The position numbers and the translations under genes are program-made. From NCBI GenBank assembly GCA_050251055.1, contig JBFWNL010000008.1, positions 32,001-96,000 of the forward strand: DNA of 64,000 bases, read 5' to 3'. The notes beneath the pieces are model-generated. The model saw only the letters and a program-made list of their open reading frames with translations, had not been told where the DNA came from and did not search any database. Position 1 is the stretch's first letter, and every line of letters begins with the position of its first letter. Positions 21,028-32,080 of this stretch are shown here, in pieces. The stretch comes from Bacteriovoracia bacterium (GTDB lineage Bacteria > Bdellovibrionota > UBA1018 > JBFWNL01).

Positions 21028-22818
21028 TTAGGTGCCTTGGGCCTTCTTACGCGCTTCCGCGTCGACCCGCAGGTACTTCACCGCCGTGTGATCGAACTGG
21101 TGCATCTTGTAATTCTTCAACCATCCGTAGTGCAAAGCGTACGTCCGACGGTGGGCGCCGAAAATCCAAGGGCAGTCCTCCACCAGGATCGCGACCATCT
21201 TCTTGTAGATGGCCGTGCGCTCGGGCGTATCCGCCAGCAGCAAAGCCTGGTCGTAAAGCTTGTCGTACTCGGGATTCGAGTAATTCGAATCGTTCGGGCC
21301 GGGCGACATGTTCTTGCTATAAAAAAGCTGCAGGAAGTTCTCGGCGTCTGGATAGTCGGCGCTCCAAGCGAAGCCGTACATCTGGCCCTTGCGGTTCTTG
21401 ATCGCTTCGTTGAACTCTGGCCAGCTCATCGAGTTCACTTTGAGCTTCACGCCGATTTCGGCGAAGGCCTTCTGGGTGTATTCGGTGAATTGGCGCGCCG
21501 TCGTGCTGGAGGTCGTGTTGTACTCAATCGGCGGCAACCCCTTGCCTTCGGGGTAGCCGGCCTTAGCCAAGGTTTCCTTCGCCTTCGTCAGGTTGAATTG
21601 GCGGTACGGGTTCTTGAACTTTTCGTCGTAACCCGACAGGCCCGGCGGGATCGGCCCCTGGGCGGGGATCGCGCGGCCGTTATAAAAAATCTCGATCAAC
21701 GGCTCGATATTGAGCGCGTAGCTCAAAGCTTGGCGCAGGAGCTTGTTCTTACCGAAGAGCGGGTCGGTCATATTGAAGCTTTCGTGAGTGACTTCCAGAT
21801 CCACGTTTACCTGCAGCTTCATTCCCTTCGCCTTCAGCTCGTCCGTCAGATCCTTCGACGGGGTAATGGCCTGTGCGAAGCTGTCCTTGGGGATGCCGGA
21901 AACATCGACTTTACCGGCGAGGAAGTTCAGCCACATCGGCTGGCTTTCCACGTAGACGGTGGCCACGATCTTGTCGACGAACGGCAGGCGCTTGCCGGCA
22001 TCATCCAGCAATCCCGCTTCCTTGTCGCCTGGCGCGCCTTCCGTGGGATAGGTGTTCACGCGGTACGTGGGGTTACGCTCCCAAACGAGCTTCGCGCCCA
22101 GATTCGACTGATTGCGAACCAAGCGGAACGGTCCGGTGCCCACCGGGTTGCGGATAAAATCGGCTCCGTACATCTCGACGGCTTCGCGCGGGACGACCAT
22201 CGAGAACGGCATCGCGAGGTAATAAAGAAACTGGGTCGAGCGATTCTTCAGCTGAATCTGAAGCGTATAATTGTCGATCGCCTTCAAGCCTTCGATCGGC
22301 TTGTCGTAATCCGCCTTGCCCGCGGCCTTCGCGGCATCCGCCCATTCGTTCAAACCGACGATGCGGCCATCGAAAATCCACCAGCCTTCGGAGAGCTCCT
22401 TGGGGTCGGCAAGGCGCTTGAAGCTATATACGAAGTCATGCGCAGTGAGCTCGCGTCCCTTACCCTGCGTCGCCTTGAAGCAGGGATCGTCTTGGAAGAG
22501 CACCCCCTTACGGATCTTGAAGGTGATCGTCTTACCGTCCTTGCTAATCGTCGGTATCGCTTCGGCGAGGCTCGGCGACAGCTTATAGGGACGAATGAGA
22601 TAATGAAAGTCGAGCAGGCTTTCGTACGCGTACCCCACCTGACGGCCGGCGTACAGATCGCTCGCGTGGGCGGGATCCAGGCCCTTGATCTTTTCAATGA
22701 TCGCGACATTCAGGGTGTTCTCCCCCGCGTTGCCGGCACCGTCTCCCTTTTTTTGACAGCCGGTAGCCACGGCGAACGCCAGAAATGCGGTCATCAGAAT
22801 AGTAAAATTGCGAGTCAT
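21028..22818 (-). CDS. oppA: Peptide ABC transporter substrate-binding lipoprotein (SBP family 5)
   Basis: Lipobox ATG|C, LDPA, TFKIRKGVLF, PVGTGPF, WSADYPDAENFL. Confidence 0.9.
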   Translation of the reverse strand: MTRNFTILMTAFLAFAVATGCQKKGDGAGNAGENTLNVAIIEKIKGLDPAHASDLYAGRQVGYAYESLLDFHYLIRPYKLSPSLAEAIPTISKDGKTITFKIRKGVLFQDDPCFKATQGKGRELTAHDFVYSFKRLADPKELSEGWWIFDGRIVGLNEWADAAKAAGKADYDKPIEGLKAIDNYTLQIQLKNRSTQFLYYLAMPFSMVVPREAVEMYGADFIRNPVGTGPFRLVRNQSNLGAKLVWERNPTYRVNTYPTEGAPGDKEAGLLDDAGKRLPFVDKIVATVYVESQPMWLNFLAGKVDVSGIPKDSFAQAITPSKDLTDELKAKGMKLQVNVDLEVTHESFNMTDPLFGKNKLLRQALSYALNIEPLIEIFYNGRAIPAQGPIPPGLSGYDEKFKNPYRQFNLTKAKETLAKAGYPEGKGLPPIEYNTTSSTTARQFTEYTQKAFAEIGVKLKVNSMSWPEFNEAIKNRKGQMYGFAWSADYPDAENFLQLFYSKNMSPGPNDSNYSNPEYDKLYDQALLLADTPERTAIYKKMVAILVEDCPWIFGAHRRTYALHYGWLKNYKMHQFDHTAVKYLRVDAEARKKAQGT

Positions 22819-22960
22819 GTTGGCCCCCGAAAAGTTGCCCCGTAAATTAAAATGAACCCGGCGATAGTAACCTGGAAGATAAAGAGAAACAAGGAACTGA
22901 TGCATAGCGCCACAGAATATGACGCTTAGCTAAACCGATTCTTTCGCCGATCGAATCGCC

Positions 22961-23641
22961 TCAGGGCTGATGCGTGCGACTCCGCCACCGCGTCTTCACC
23001 TGGCCGAGCTCCGAGATCGCCTCCCACTGTAACGGGCTGCGCGTTTCCGGTTCCGGATTGAAAAACTCGAACTTCACCGCACGCCCGGTCGCGGTGTCTA
23101 CCCACTCGAGCCGCTCCGGCCAAGCCTTACCAGCGTACTCCCGAAACCGGTAAACGAAACGCTCTCCTTCATATTCAGCGACGAGGCCATCCGCTCCGTC
23201 CGCTTCAAGCTTAGTCTTCGCGCCCGCGGGAGGGCATGGAACCCTGCCAATAAAAAGGTCGGTCGCCCAACGCAAAGGGATCCCCCCCCAGTGATCCTGG
23301 CCCCTGCGCGAGCGTTCTGGCTCCTTAGGGACGTTGAGCTCGAACACGTTCCCACGTACCCGGATATGCGCTTCCGTCCCTCCCAATAGGTTCGTCACTT
23401 CCATATCTAGCTGACCCGGCACCACGGCCTTGGCGGAAGCCGGAAATTTACCCGAGGCCTCCGGCGAACTGGCCTGAATCCAAAGCTGTCCCGAGGCACT
23501 TTTCAGCTGGCGACCCGGCTCGCAGGCACGCTCAAAAAGCAGCTGGGCGTTACCTTGTTCTTTCAGGGGAGTGTGGGCGCAGCCCGAGAGGAGAAGCAAC
23601 CCGCAAGCAAACCCAGAGGAAGCGGTGAAAACACGGCGCAT
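22961..23641 (-). CDS. Lipoprotein, LolB/DUF4292-like
   Basis: Lipobox LLSG|C and beta-rich LolB-like segments; lies downstream of a TPR lipoprotein as in TPR-lolB pairs. Confidence 0.55.
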   Translation of the reverse strand: MRRVFTASSGFACGLLLLSGCAHTPLKEQGNAQLLFERACEPGRQLKSASGQLWIQASSPEASGKFPASAKAVVPGQLDMEVTNLLGGTEAHIRVRGNVFELNVPKEPERSRRGQDHWGGIPLRWATDLFIGRVPCPPAGAKTKLEADGADGLVAEYEGERFVYRFREYAGKAWPERLEWVDTATGRAVKFEFFNPEPETRSPLQWEAISELGQVKTRWRSRTHQP

Positions 23642-23705
23642 CCGCTCTCTTTCTCACGCGAATTCCCGGATGGCTAGCCGAGATTCCTCTCGGCGACAGT
23701 ACCTA

Positions 23706-25595
23706 TTAGTTGGCGGACGACGGCGCGGGGGCCGTTGGTACCACAACCGGAGTCTCCGTCACCGCAGTCTTACCCTGGGCCGGGGCGCGACCCGTACCAC
23801 GGGGATCGAAGCCGTTGGCGCGCGCGATCTCCATCTTCACGGTGTCGATTTTGCCTTCGAGCTTGGCTTTCAACTCTTGGTCCGTCGTCATGCTGGCGGC
23901 GGTGCGGTACTGCTCGAGCCCCTTTTCGCGCAGATTCGCCTTCACGTAGGCGTCGCCTAGGTGATCCATGATCGTGGGTTCCTCGGGTTTGAGCTTCACG
24001 GCGCGCTCGAGCTCGACGATGGATTCCGTCACGCGTCCTTGCACGAATAAGTGCCAGCCCCAGCTGTCGACGATGTAGCCATTGTCGGGCTTCAACGCCA
24101 AAGCTTTCTTCAACAGCTTTTCCGCGTCGTTCATACGCCGGCCCTGTAGCGTCCACGTATAGCCGATGTAGTTGAGCGCGTCGGCGTTATCCGGGTTCTG
24201 GGTCAGGATCGTCTCCATATGGTAGAGGCTCTTCTCGATCTTGCCTTGGCGATCGTACAGGCTGCCCAGGTAATAGCGCATCTTTTCGTGCGTGGGGAAT
24301 TTGTCCACACCGTCTTCGAGTACTTTCACCGCCGCTTCCAGCCGGTTTTCTTCTTCCTCGATACTCGCGATAAAAATGTGAAACGAGGCGATCTTCGGCG
24401 CTTTCTTGAGCGCGTCCTCGACGTAGCTGCGTGCATCGGAAACCTGATTGGCCTGCTTCATCAAGAAGGCCACGTGCAGGGTGGATTCTTCGTACAAAGT
24501 GGAAGCCGGCGGAATCTGTTTGAGTTCGGCGATGGCCTCCGAGAACTGCTTGCGCTCTTCGTAGATGCTACCCAGATAATAGTGAATGCGCTCGGAGTCG
24601 GGGTGCTTGGCGAGCACGGCCTTGAACGTGGCGATCGCCTTGTCGAATTGCTTAAGCTCCATCTGGACCAAACCCAGCTTCACCGAAGCGTTCAAGTTGT
24701 CGGGATCTCCCGCCTTCACGGCCTCCAGATACGGCACCGCTTCTTTGTACTTTTCTTCCTTTAGGAAGATCGTAGCGAGGCGATTCGCCGCACTGAGATC
24801 CTGCGCATCATCGTAGAGGTCCCGGTAAACCTTCATCGCCGCCGCGTTCATTTGTTTGGACTCATACAGCAAGCCCAACGCGAGCGCGGCTTGCGAAAAA
24901 CCTTCCCGCAATTCGAGTGCCTTCTTAAAGGAAACCACGGCGGGCTTGAAATGATCCTGATGCTGCTCCGCAAGGCCGTTGTAGTACCAAACGGTGGCGG
25001 AATTCGGGTTGATCTTGAGGAATGCCTGGACCGCCTTGGAGGCTTCCTGAACGCGATCGTCCTCCATCAGCACCGAAGCCTTGTAGATCACCGCCTCCTC
25101 ATGCTTCGGATCGTCCTTCAAAATGCGGTTATATTCCGCGAGTGCCAGATCATTTTGGCGCGCCGACGAATAAAGTCCCGCGAGCATCAGCCGCGCGTCA
25201 GTATATTTTGGATCGAGCTTCAACGCATTCTGACAAGACTCCATTGCGGGCGAAAGTAAGCCTTTTTTCACGTATTCTGCTGCAAGTCTTGCGTGCAGAA
25301 GCGCCGAGCCGGGATCGAACAGGATCGCCAATTTGTACTCTTCGATGGCGCGGTCGGTATTGCCTTCCTGGGAATATGCTTGGGCAAGGCCGAAGTGATG
25401 CTCGGCGTTGGTCGTCGTGTTACGCCAAGCCTGCTCGGTGTTTTTTCTCGCCTGAGCCATAACATCTCCCTCTTTTTGAGTGGGAGCAGGCTCCGGTGTG
25501 TTCGGTGTCGGCTGAATTGGTTTACTCGCACACGCAGCGGCAAGTATTGCAATCCCTGCAATATGAAGAATCGTAGCTTGAGATGCTTTAACCAT
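23706..25595 (-). CDS. Tetratricopeptide-repeat lipoprotein
   Basis: Lipobox LAA|C, many TPR units, ALNYIGY and DSWGW motifs. Confidence 0.88.
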   Translation of the reverse strand: MVKASQATILHIAGIAILAAACASKPIQPTPNTPEPAPTQKEGDVMAQARKNTEQAWRNTTTNAEHHFGLAQAYSQEGNTDRAIEEYKLAILFDPGSALLHARLAAEYVKKGLLSPAMESCQNALKLDPKYTDARLMLAGLYSSARQNDLALAEYNRILKDDPKHEEAVIYKASVLMEDDRVQEASKAVQAFLKINPNSATVWYYNGLAEQHQDHFKPAVVSFKKALELREGFSQAALALGLLYESKQMNAAAMKVYRDLYDDAQDLSAANRLATIFLKEEKYKEAVPYLEAVKAGDPDNLNASVKLGLVQMELKQFDKAIATFKAVLAKHPDSERIHYYLGSIYEERKQFSEAIAELKQIPPASTLYEESTLHVAFLMKQANQVSDARSYVEDALKKAPKIASFHIFIASIEEEENRLEAAVKVLEDGVDKFPTHEKMRYYLGSLYDRQGKIEKSLYHMETILTQNPDNADALNYIGYTWTLQGRRMNDAEKLLKKALALKPDNGYIVDSWGWHLFVQGRVTESIVELERAVKLKPEEPTIMDHLGDAYVKANLREKGLEQYRTAASMTTDQELKAKLEGKIDTVKMEIARANGFDPRGTGRAPAQGKTAVTETPVVVPTAPAPSSAN

Positions 25596-26113
25596 CTGGA
25601 ATCACTTCCTTCCAAACGACGCATCGACTTTCTCTAGAAAAAACTAAAATCGGTCTCAAAACTGGCATGAAAAAATAATGCGGGGTGTAGAATTCTTGAC
25701 TTGCAACTAAAAAAATCACCAAAATCGGCTCTAGGACTTGATTTTCAGTCGATTTAAGAACATCAATTTATTCAATGCGTTATGTCTGTTTTTTAGGCGA
25801 AAAAAAGTTTGTCGCGGCAGGCTTGACTTTGGTGCAGCGAGTTGCTACCTAGCTATGTGAGCCGTTATGACACGTAGTGGCATACGCTGGTGGCGCGAGG
25901 CTTATGAGAGAGATGAGCGTCACATAACAACAGCGGCTGCTATGTAGGTCTAGGTTTACTAAGACTATGTGGGGGGGAATCCCACGGGCTGGTAGGCATA
26001 GTTTGGCTGAGGAGAGAGAGACAAATGAGACATCTGGGTGGCTGCTGCAAAAGTCTGTTCCCTTCTATCCGAATGAACGCTTATCGGTGTTTAACTCAGA
26101 ACTAGGGGGAACT

Positions 26114-26464
26114 ATGAAAGAACTAAAAATCATTAAGAGATACCAGAACCGTAAGCTGTACGACACGCATGAGTCCAGCTACGTGACCCTGGACGAAATC
26201 GCGAAGATGATCAAGAACGGCGAAGATCTCCGCGTTATCGATAACAAGACCAAGAACGACATCACCGCCTCGACGCTGACGCAGCTCTTGTACGAAAGCG
26301 AAAAGAAGGCCAAGACGCAGCCTTCGGTTGATCTCCTCAAGGAAATCATCCGCAGCGGCGACGGCTCGTTCTCGGGCTTCATTCAGACGCGCATGAGCTC
26401 TGAAATCGCCCGTTTTGATTCGAACACCGTGGGCGCCTCCGCCGCTCCCACGATGAATCAATAA
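26114..26464 (+). CDS. PhaR-type (PHA synthesis regulator) DNA-binding-domain protein
   Basis: IIKRYQNRKLYDTHESSYVTLDEIAKMIKNGED...DIT...LTQ matches the PhaR/PhbF N-terminal domain; SD AGGGGG. Confidence 0.85.
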   Translation: MKELKIIKRYQNRKLYDTHESSYVTLDEIAKMIKNGEDLRVIDNKTKNDITASTLTQLLYESEKKAKTQPSVDLLKEIIRSGDGSFSGFIQTRMSSEIARFDSNTVGASAAPTMNQ

Positions 26465-26581
26465 CGATTCGCGAATCCTGGAAAACTTCGAAAAAATCGC
26501 GCTTTTTTGACGATCTCGGGAGGGACCGTCAACGATTTGCCACGTTGTTTTTATCCTGAATGTGTTTACACTTATGGAAGC

Positions 26582-27304
26582 ATGAGTAAGAAACAAAACA
26601 TTCAGTTCCGGGGTAACAAGTTAAATCAAATCTTCGGAGCCGCCATGAGCTGCTTGCTTCTCGCAAGCCTAGTTCTGGCGGCTTCGCCGTTTTCGGCCCA
26701 AGCTTCAAGCTGGGCGCAGAAACCGGCTTGGGCGACGGGGAGCCCCTCCAGCGGCTCGAGCACGGCTCGACGGGCGCTTTCCCGCGAGGAGAACCTCGAT
26801 ATCTCCCCTTACTCTCCAGGCAGTCATAACCTGGCGCTCGACCTGGGACAGGTCTTCCTCATGGGCGATCTGGGGAACAAGTATAACGACAATATCGGCT
26901 TCCAGGCCCACTATACGTACGGCGTGAGCGATATGTTCGGCTTCGACACGAGCCTGGGCTATTCCAGTCACCGCGAGGGCGATCTGAGCATGACGAGCTT
27001 GCTCGCCGGCCTGCGCACGAACCTGAGCTGGTTTGACCGCATCATCCCCTACGTTGTCTTTGGTCTGGGTTTTTACCGCCCCAGCGAACGCATCGCTGGC
27101 ACGAGCTCCTCGGTTTCGGCGTTCCTGTTCGGCCTGCACCTGGGCCCCGGCGTGGACCTGCAGCTCACCAAGAACCTATTTTTCGGCACCGCCCTCACCT
27201 TCCACGACATCTTCGGAACGACAACGACCGATTCCAAGGGCGTGGCGCATGAGCTAGGCGGCACGTATACGTCCTTTCTGCTCCATGCGGGCGTGACGTT
27301 CTAA
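26582..27304 (+). CDS. Outer-membrane beta-barrel protein (OmpA/OmpW-like)
   Basis: Signal peptide, amphipathic strands, PYVVFGLG and terminal Phe (HAGVTF). Confidence 0.8.
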   Translation: MSKKQNIQFRGNKLNQIFGAAMSCLLLASLVLAASPFSAQASSWAQKPAWATGSPSSGSSTARRALSREENLDISPYSPGSHNLALDLGQVFLMGDLGNKYNDNIGFQAHYTYGVSDMFGFDTSLGYSSHREGDLSMTSLLAGLRTNLSWFDRIIPYVVFGLGFYRPSERIAGTSSSVSAFLFGLHLGPGVDLQLTKNLFFGTALTFHDIFGTTTTDSKGVAHELGGTYTSFLLHAGVTF

Positions 27305-27327
27305 CCTCGTTTTTGAGCTTAAAATAC

Positions 27328-27368
27328 AAAACGCCGCTAGCGTGCAAGCCCTAGCGGCGTTTGTGTTT
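27328..27368. terminator. Bidirectional intrinsic terminator
   Basis: AAAACGCCGCTAG-loop-CTAGCGGCGTTT between convergent genes. Confidence 0.8.
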
Positions 27369-28361
27369 TTACGAACGGATGCGCTCCAACAGCGCTTGTA
27401 GCTGCGCCTGCTTCACTTCGTAGTCTTTGGAACAGAAGTCACAGCGCACCATCGCTTTGCCGAGAGTATTAATGATGGAGGAGAGCTCCGCCGGACCGAT
27501 GAGCATCAAAGCCCGCTCGACTCGCTCCTGGGAGCACTGGCACTCGAAGCGCAGCGGGCGGTCTTCTAAGAGCGTGAACGAATGGTTCTCAAAGATCTTC
27601 GAGAGAACCTTCACCGGATCTGAATTTTTTCCCAGCTCCTTCGCAAGCGAAGGAAAATGTTCCATCTTCGATTGAAGGGCCGAAACTTCCTGGGGCGAGG
27701 CATTCGGAAGCACCTGTACGATAAAGCCTGCCGCCGTCTTCACCTTCTTCTTTTCCACGTCCACCACAATGCCCACGGCGGATGGGATCTGCTCGCTCTG
27801 CAGCCAATAATAAGTGAGATCCTTGGCCAGATGCCCGGTCACGAGCGGCACCGTACCGATATAAGGCTGTTCCCTCTCGAGGCTCTTCGTGCGTAAAACC
27901 GAAAGCGATCCCTCGCCCCATGGGCCGCGGGACGGCCCGGCGGTGCTCTCGGGATCTTCACGCTCGATGACATAACCGCGCACGATCCCTTCGGGATAGG
28001 CGTCGACGAGTACCTGACGATAATGCCCAGAGCCCTGGATGTTGAGGTTGATCTTTTCGCCTTCCTTGCAGTTACTGGCGATGAAGAGCGCGCCCAGCAC
28101 GGCTTCACCTAAACCCTTGGCGGCAATCCCCTCCAGGCCGTGCATATCGACGATTTCCTGCACGAGGTCTTTGGCGTGAATGGCGACCCCGCGAAAATTA
28201 CCTTCGGTGGAAATGCACTTTACCCAGTGGGCTTCGCGGGACTTTGCGGCCGACTTCCGTGGCGCTGATTTCTGCTGGGTCTTGGGCTTCGCGGGTTTCT
28301 TACCGCCGGCTTTCTTCTTGGCCGGCGTCTTTGCTTTTCGTTGCGCGGGTTTCTTCGCCAT
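27369..28361 (-). CDS. hslO: Hsp33 redox-regulated chaperone with Lys/Ala-rich N-terminal extension
   Basis: YYWLQSEQIPSAV and the CQCS...CDFC zinc motif. Confidence 0.9.
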   Translation of the reverse strand: MAKKPAQRKAKTPAKKKAGGKKPAKPKTQQKSAPRKSAAKSREAHWVKCISTEGNFRGVAIHAKDLVQEIVDMHGLEGIAAKGLGEAVLGALFIASNCKEGEKINLNIQGSGHYRQVLVDAYPEGIVRGYVIEREDPESTAGPSRGPWGEGSLSVLRTKSLEREQPYIGTVPLVTGHLAKDLTYYWLQSEQIPSAVGIVVDVEKKKVKTAAGFIVQVLPNASPQEVSALQSKMEHFPSLAKELGKNSDPVKVLSKIFENHSFTLLEDRPLRFECQCSQERVERALMLIGPAELSSIINTLGKAMVRCDFCSKDYEVKQAQLQALLERIRS

Positions 28362-28451
28362 GGATTGACTTGGACCTTCTCTCTAAGTGAACGGTTTTGC
28401 AAACATTCGATGCAGTATCTTTTCGATCAACTAAGGCAGGGGGTTTAAAAA

Positions 28452-28494
28452 AAACAAAAACCCCGGAAGGCTCGCGCCGACCGGGGTTTTGTTT
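28452..28494 (-). terminator. Intrinsic terminator downstream of groEL
   Basis: AAACAAAAACCCCGG...CCGGGGTTTTGTTT stem; the long A-tract to its left is a U-tract on the minus strand. Confidence 0.75.
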
Positions 28495-28638
28495 CTCTAC
28501 AGCTAGGTAGAGGCAGGAAAACATTGCAGAGCCGCTAGGAAGTTTAGCTAGGGCGTGAAACGCCACGCCCTTCGCTACGCATCCTGCTCCGCGACCCTAC
28601 ATTTAGTAGGGTCGGGTAAAAACGGCTCCTGCCGTTTT

Positions 28639-28639
<1 letters not shown>
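28495..28639. repeat. Cluster of four short palindromes (REP-like) immediately 3' of groEL
   Basis: CTCTAC/GTAGAG (28495-28512), AGGGCGTG/CACGCCCT (28550-28571), CGACCCTAC/GTAGGGTCG (28592-28614) and AAAAACGGC-TCCT-GCCGTTTTT (28618-28639). Confidence 0.65.
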
Positions 28640-30303
<1,664 letters not shown>

Positions 30304-30322
30304 TTACTGATTGGAAAATTTT

Positions 30323-30619
30323 TTACTTCTTGGAGGAAATCACGCCCAAGATGTCGTCTTCACGCATCATGAGGAATTCTTCGCCTTCGATCTTGATCTC
30401 GGTACCGGAGTACTTGCCGAACAAGATGCGGTCGCCTTTTTTCACGTCGAGCGGACGGACTTTGCCGTCTTCGGTGACGCGGCCTTGGCCCACGGCGATG
30501 ATTTCGCCTTGCGCCGGCTTTTCCTTAGCGGTGTCCGGGATGATGATCCCGCCCTTGGACTTCTCTTCTTCGCCAAAGCGGCGTACCAGTACGCGATCGT
30601 GTAAAGGTCTCACTTCCAT
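30323..30619 (-). CDS. groS: Co-chaperonin GroES
   Basis: [30 protein letters not shown]. Confidence 0.99.
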   Translation of the reverse strand: MEVRPLHDRVLVRRFGEEEKSKGGIIIPDTAKEKPAQGEIIAVGQGRVTEDGKVRPLDVKKGDRILFGKYSGTEIKIEGEEFLMMREDDILGVISSKK

Positions 30620-31001
30620 CTCTCCTCCTTATGACTTGCTCCTGAGCAAATCGGTTATTCTATGCAGCTTGGGGGCGCAAGGCCCGGCCGAACTACGCCT
30701 GTGCTTAAATTGAGGCGCTAAACTAACGGCGAGAGTTCGAAAAATCCACCACGTTTAGCGCTTTTCATGAAGAAAAATGGGCCGTTATTGAACCCTGTCA
30801 AACGCAAGCCCATAATAAATTTGCTAATCTATTTTTATTAATGATTTCAATTGTTTATATAAAATTCAGGAACTAGGGCGGCCTTCCGGGTGAATGTTGA
30901 TTTTGCGCACGAGAGCCAGTTGACTTAAGGCGTTAGCCCGTTTAAACCCGGCAGCTCAACAAGACATCGATTCAACAGCTCTGTTTTTGGGAGAGGGGTT
31001 C

Positions 31002-31529
31002 ATGAAGATGCAGTTTATCGGGGGAAAGGCCGCCATCGGCCTGTTGTCGTTCACCATGGGGATACTGGGGTTTGGCGCCACACAAGCGTGGGCGGGTAAT
31101 GCGGAAGTGTATTCCGCGTACGATAGCGCGCCGGAAGGCGATCTGGTCGCAACCCCTGAAAAACCCGTCATGATGGAAGTGACGTCCGAGGAAGCCGTGG
31201 TGGAAGCGGAACGCGCCGCCGCGAAGAATCAAACTCCCGAACAGGGCTTGCAAGTATTGAAGCACCGCTTGGCCCAGCTGGAGCGTGAAAACCGCACTCT
31301 GCGCAAACAGCTTCAACGGAAGGAAATCGCCAGCACCGGACTCGACGCCGTGGATCTCGCCCAGAAAAAAGGGACGTATGAGCCAGTCGCGTCAGACCAG
31401 ACGCAACGAGTTTTGGCGCGCCTCGATACGGTGAAGCAAATCGTGATGAAGCACGGTCGCGCGTACGATTACCGCGTGCTCTCCGAGCAGGAGCTGAGCC
31501 AGATCCAAGCGCGGCTGAAGGCGAATTAA
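31002..31529 (+). CDS. Secreted hypothetical protein with coiled coil
   Basis: Signal peptide (QAWA|G); SD GAGGGG before ATG at 31002. Confidence 0.65.
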   Translation: MKMQFIGGKAAIGLLSFTMGILGFGATQAWAGNAEVYSAYDSAPEGDLVATPEKPVMMEVTSEEAVVEAERAAAKNQTPEQGLQVLKHRLAQLERENRTLRKQLQRKEIASTGLDAVDLAQKKGTYEPVASDQTQRVLARLDTVKQIVMKHGRAYDYRVLSEQELSQIQARLKAN

Positions 31530-31609
31530 GCTAGCGGTTCACGAGCTTAACGGTTGTAATTTTCGGTGAGATCGCGTACCGATTAGTTCTCTTTCGACAT
31601 TCACACGGC

Positions 31610-31685
31610 GGGTAGGTAGCTCAGTCGGTAGAGCAGCGCCCTGAAAAGGCGCGTGTCGGCGGTTCAATTCCGTCCCTACCCACCA
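31610..31685 (+). tRNA. tRNA-Phe(GAA)
   Basis: GGGTAGG/CCTACCC acceptor stem, GCGCC-CTGAAAA-GGCGC anticodon arm, GGTTCAATTCC and CCA end. Confidence 0.96.
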
Positions 31686-31881
31686 CTCTGTTTTTCCGAT
31701 CAATAAATTCTCCACTTTTCATTCAATCATAAAAAAAGTCAGCACCGGTAGGGGACGCCCATCCATGGGCTTGACCCTTTTTTCCCTTCCTGGGCCGGGA
31801 CACCCCTACCGGTGCTGACTTTTTTTATGATTGAATGAAAAGCTGAGAGATGGCGGCCGGGAAAACGGAGTGGTGGGTAGG
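31675..31881. repeat. tRNA-Phe-anchored long inverted repeat (40 bp perfect inner arms, 48 nt conserved core, outer arm mirroring the tRNA 3' end)
   Basis: 31715-31754 is the perfect reverse complement of 31803-31842. 31675-31698 pairs with 31858-31881, including CCTACCCACCA/TGGTGGGTAGG. The loop matches 10383-10428. Confidence 0.93.
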
Positions 31882-31954
31882 TATATAAATGCCGTAGGGC
31901 AGGAGCCCGAGATCTTGGCCTAGAGGGCCGAAGCGCATTCCGTCCCTAAAATTG

Positions 31955-32069
31955 TGCAGGTAAACTAACCGAATAGCCCAGCTGTTCACAGAGGCCGACT
32001 ACTTCGGGTAAGTCGGAAACCTGCATCGCATCTGGAGCCATCACCCCGTACTTAGCAGGCAGCCGGTCA
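31955..32069 (+). ncRNA. Unidentified structured RNA candidate
   Basis: Nested stems in an intergenic region: CCGACT/AGTCGG capped by cUUCGg, GTTC-CAGA/TCTG-GAGC, ACCG/CGGT, and alternative TGCAGGT/ACCTGCA. Strand inferred only from the UUCG loop and G-U pairs. Confidence 0.35.
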
Positions 32070-32080
32070 ATTGAGAAGGC

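Noticed and set aside
30620-30860. Search for a CIRCE operator upstream of groES
   Set aside because: No TTAGCACTC-N9-GAGTGCTAA match on either strand. Only a weak IHF-like TTTCAATTGTTTA (30845-30857), which is too degenerate to call.
30870-30965. GGGTGAAT...AACCCGGCAGCTCAAC, reminiscent of the c-di-AMP (ydaO) riboswitch
   Set aside because: Only two short words match; the 5' GCTGAA and the central paired elements cannot be found.
31841-31935. GCTGAGA...GCCGTAGGG (TPP-like) and AGGGCAGG...AGCCCG...GATC (FMN-like) words
   Set aside because: The other essential aptamer elements are missing, no relevant gene lies downstream, and the words are explained by the tRNA-mirroring repeat.
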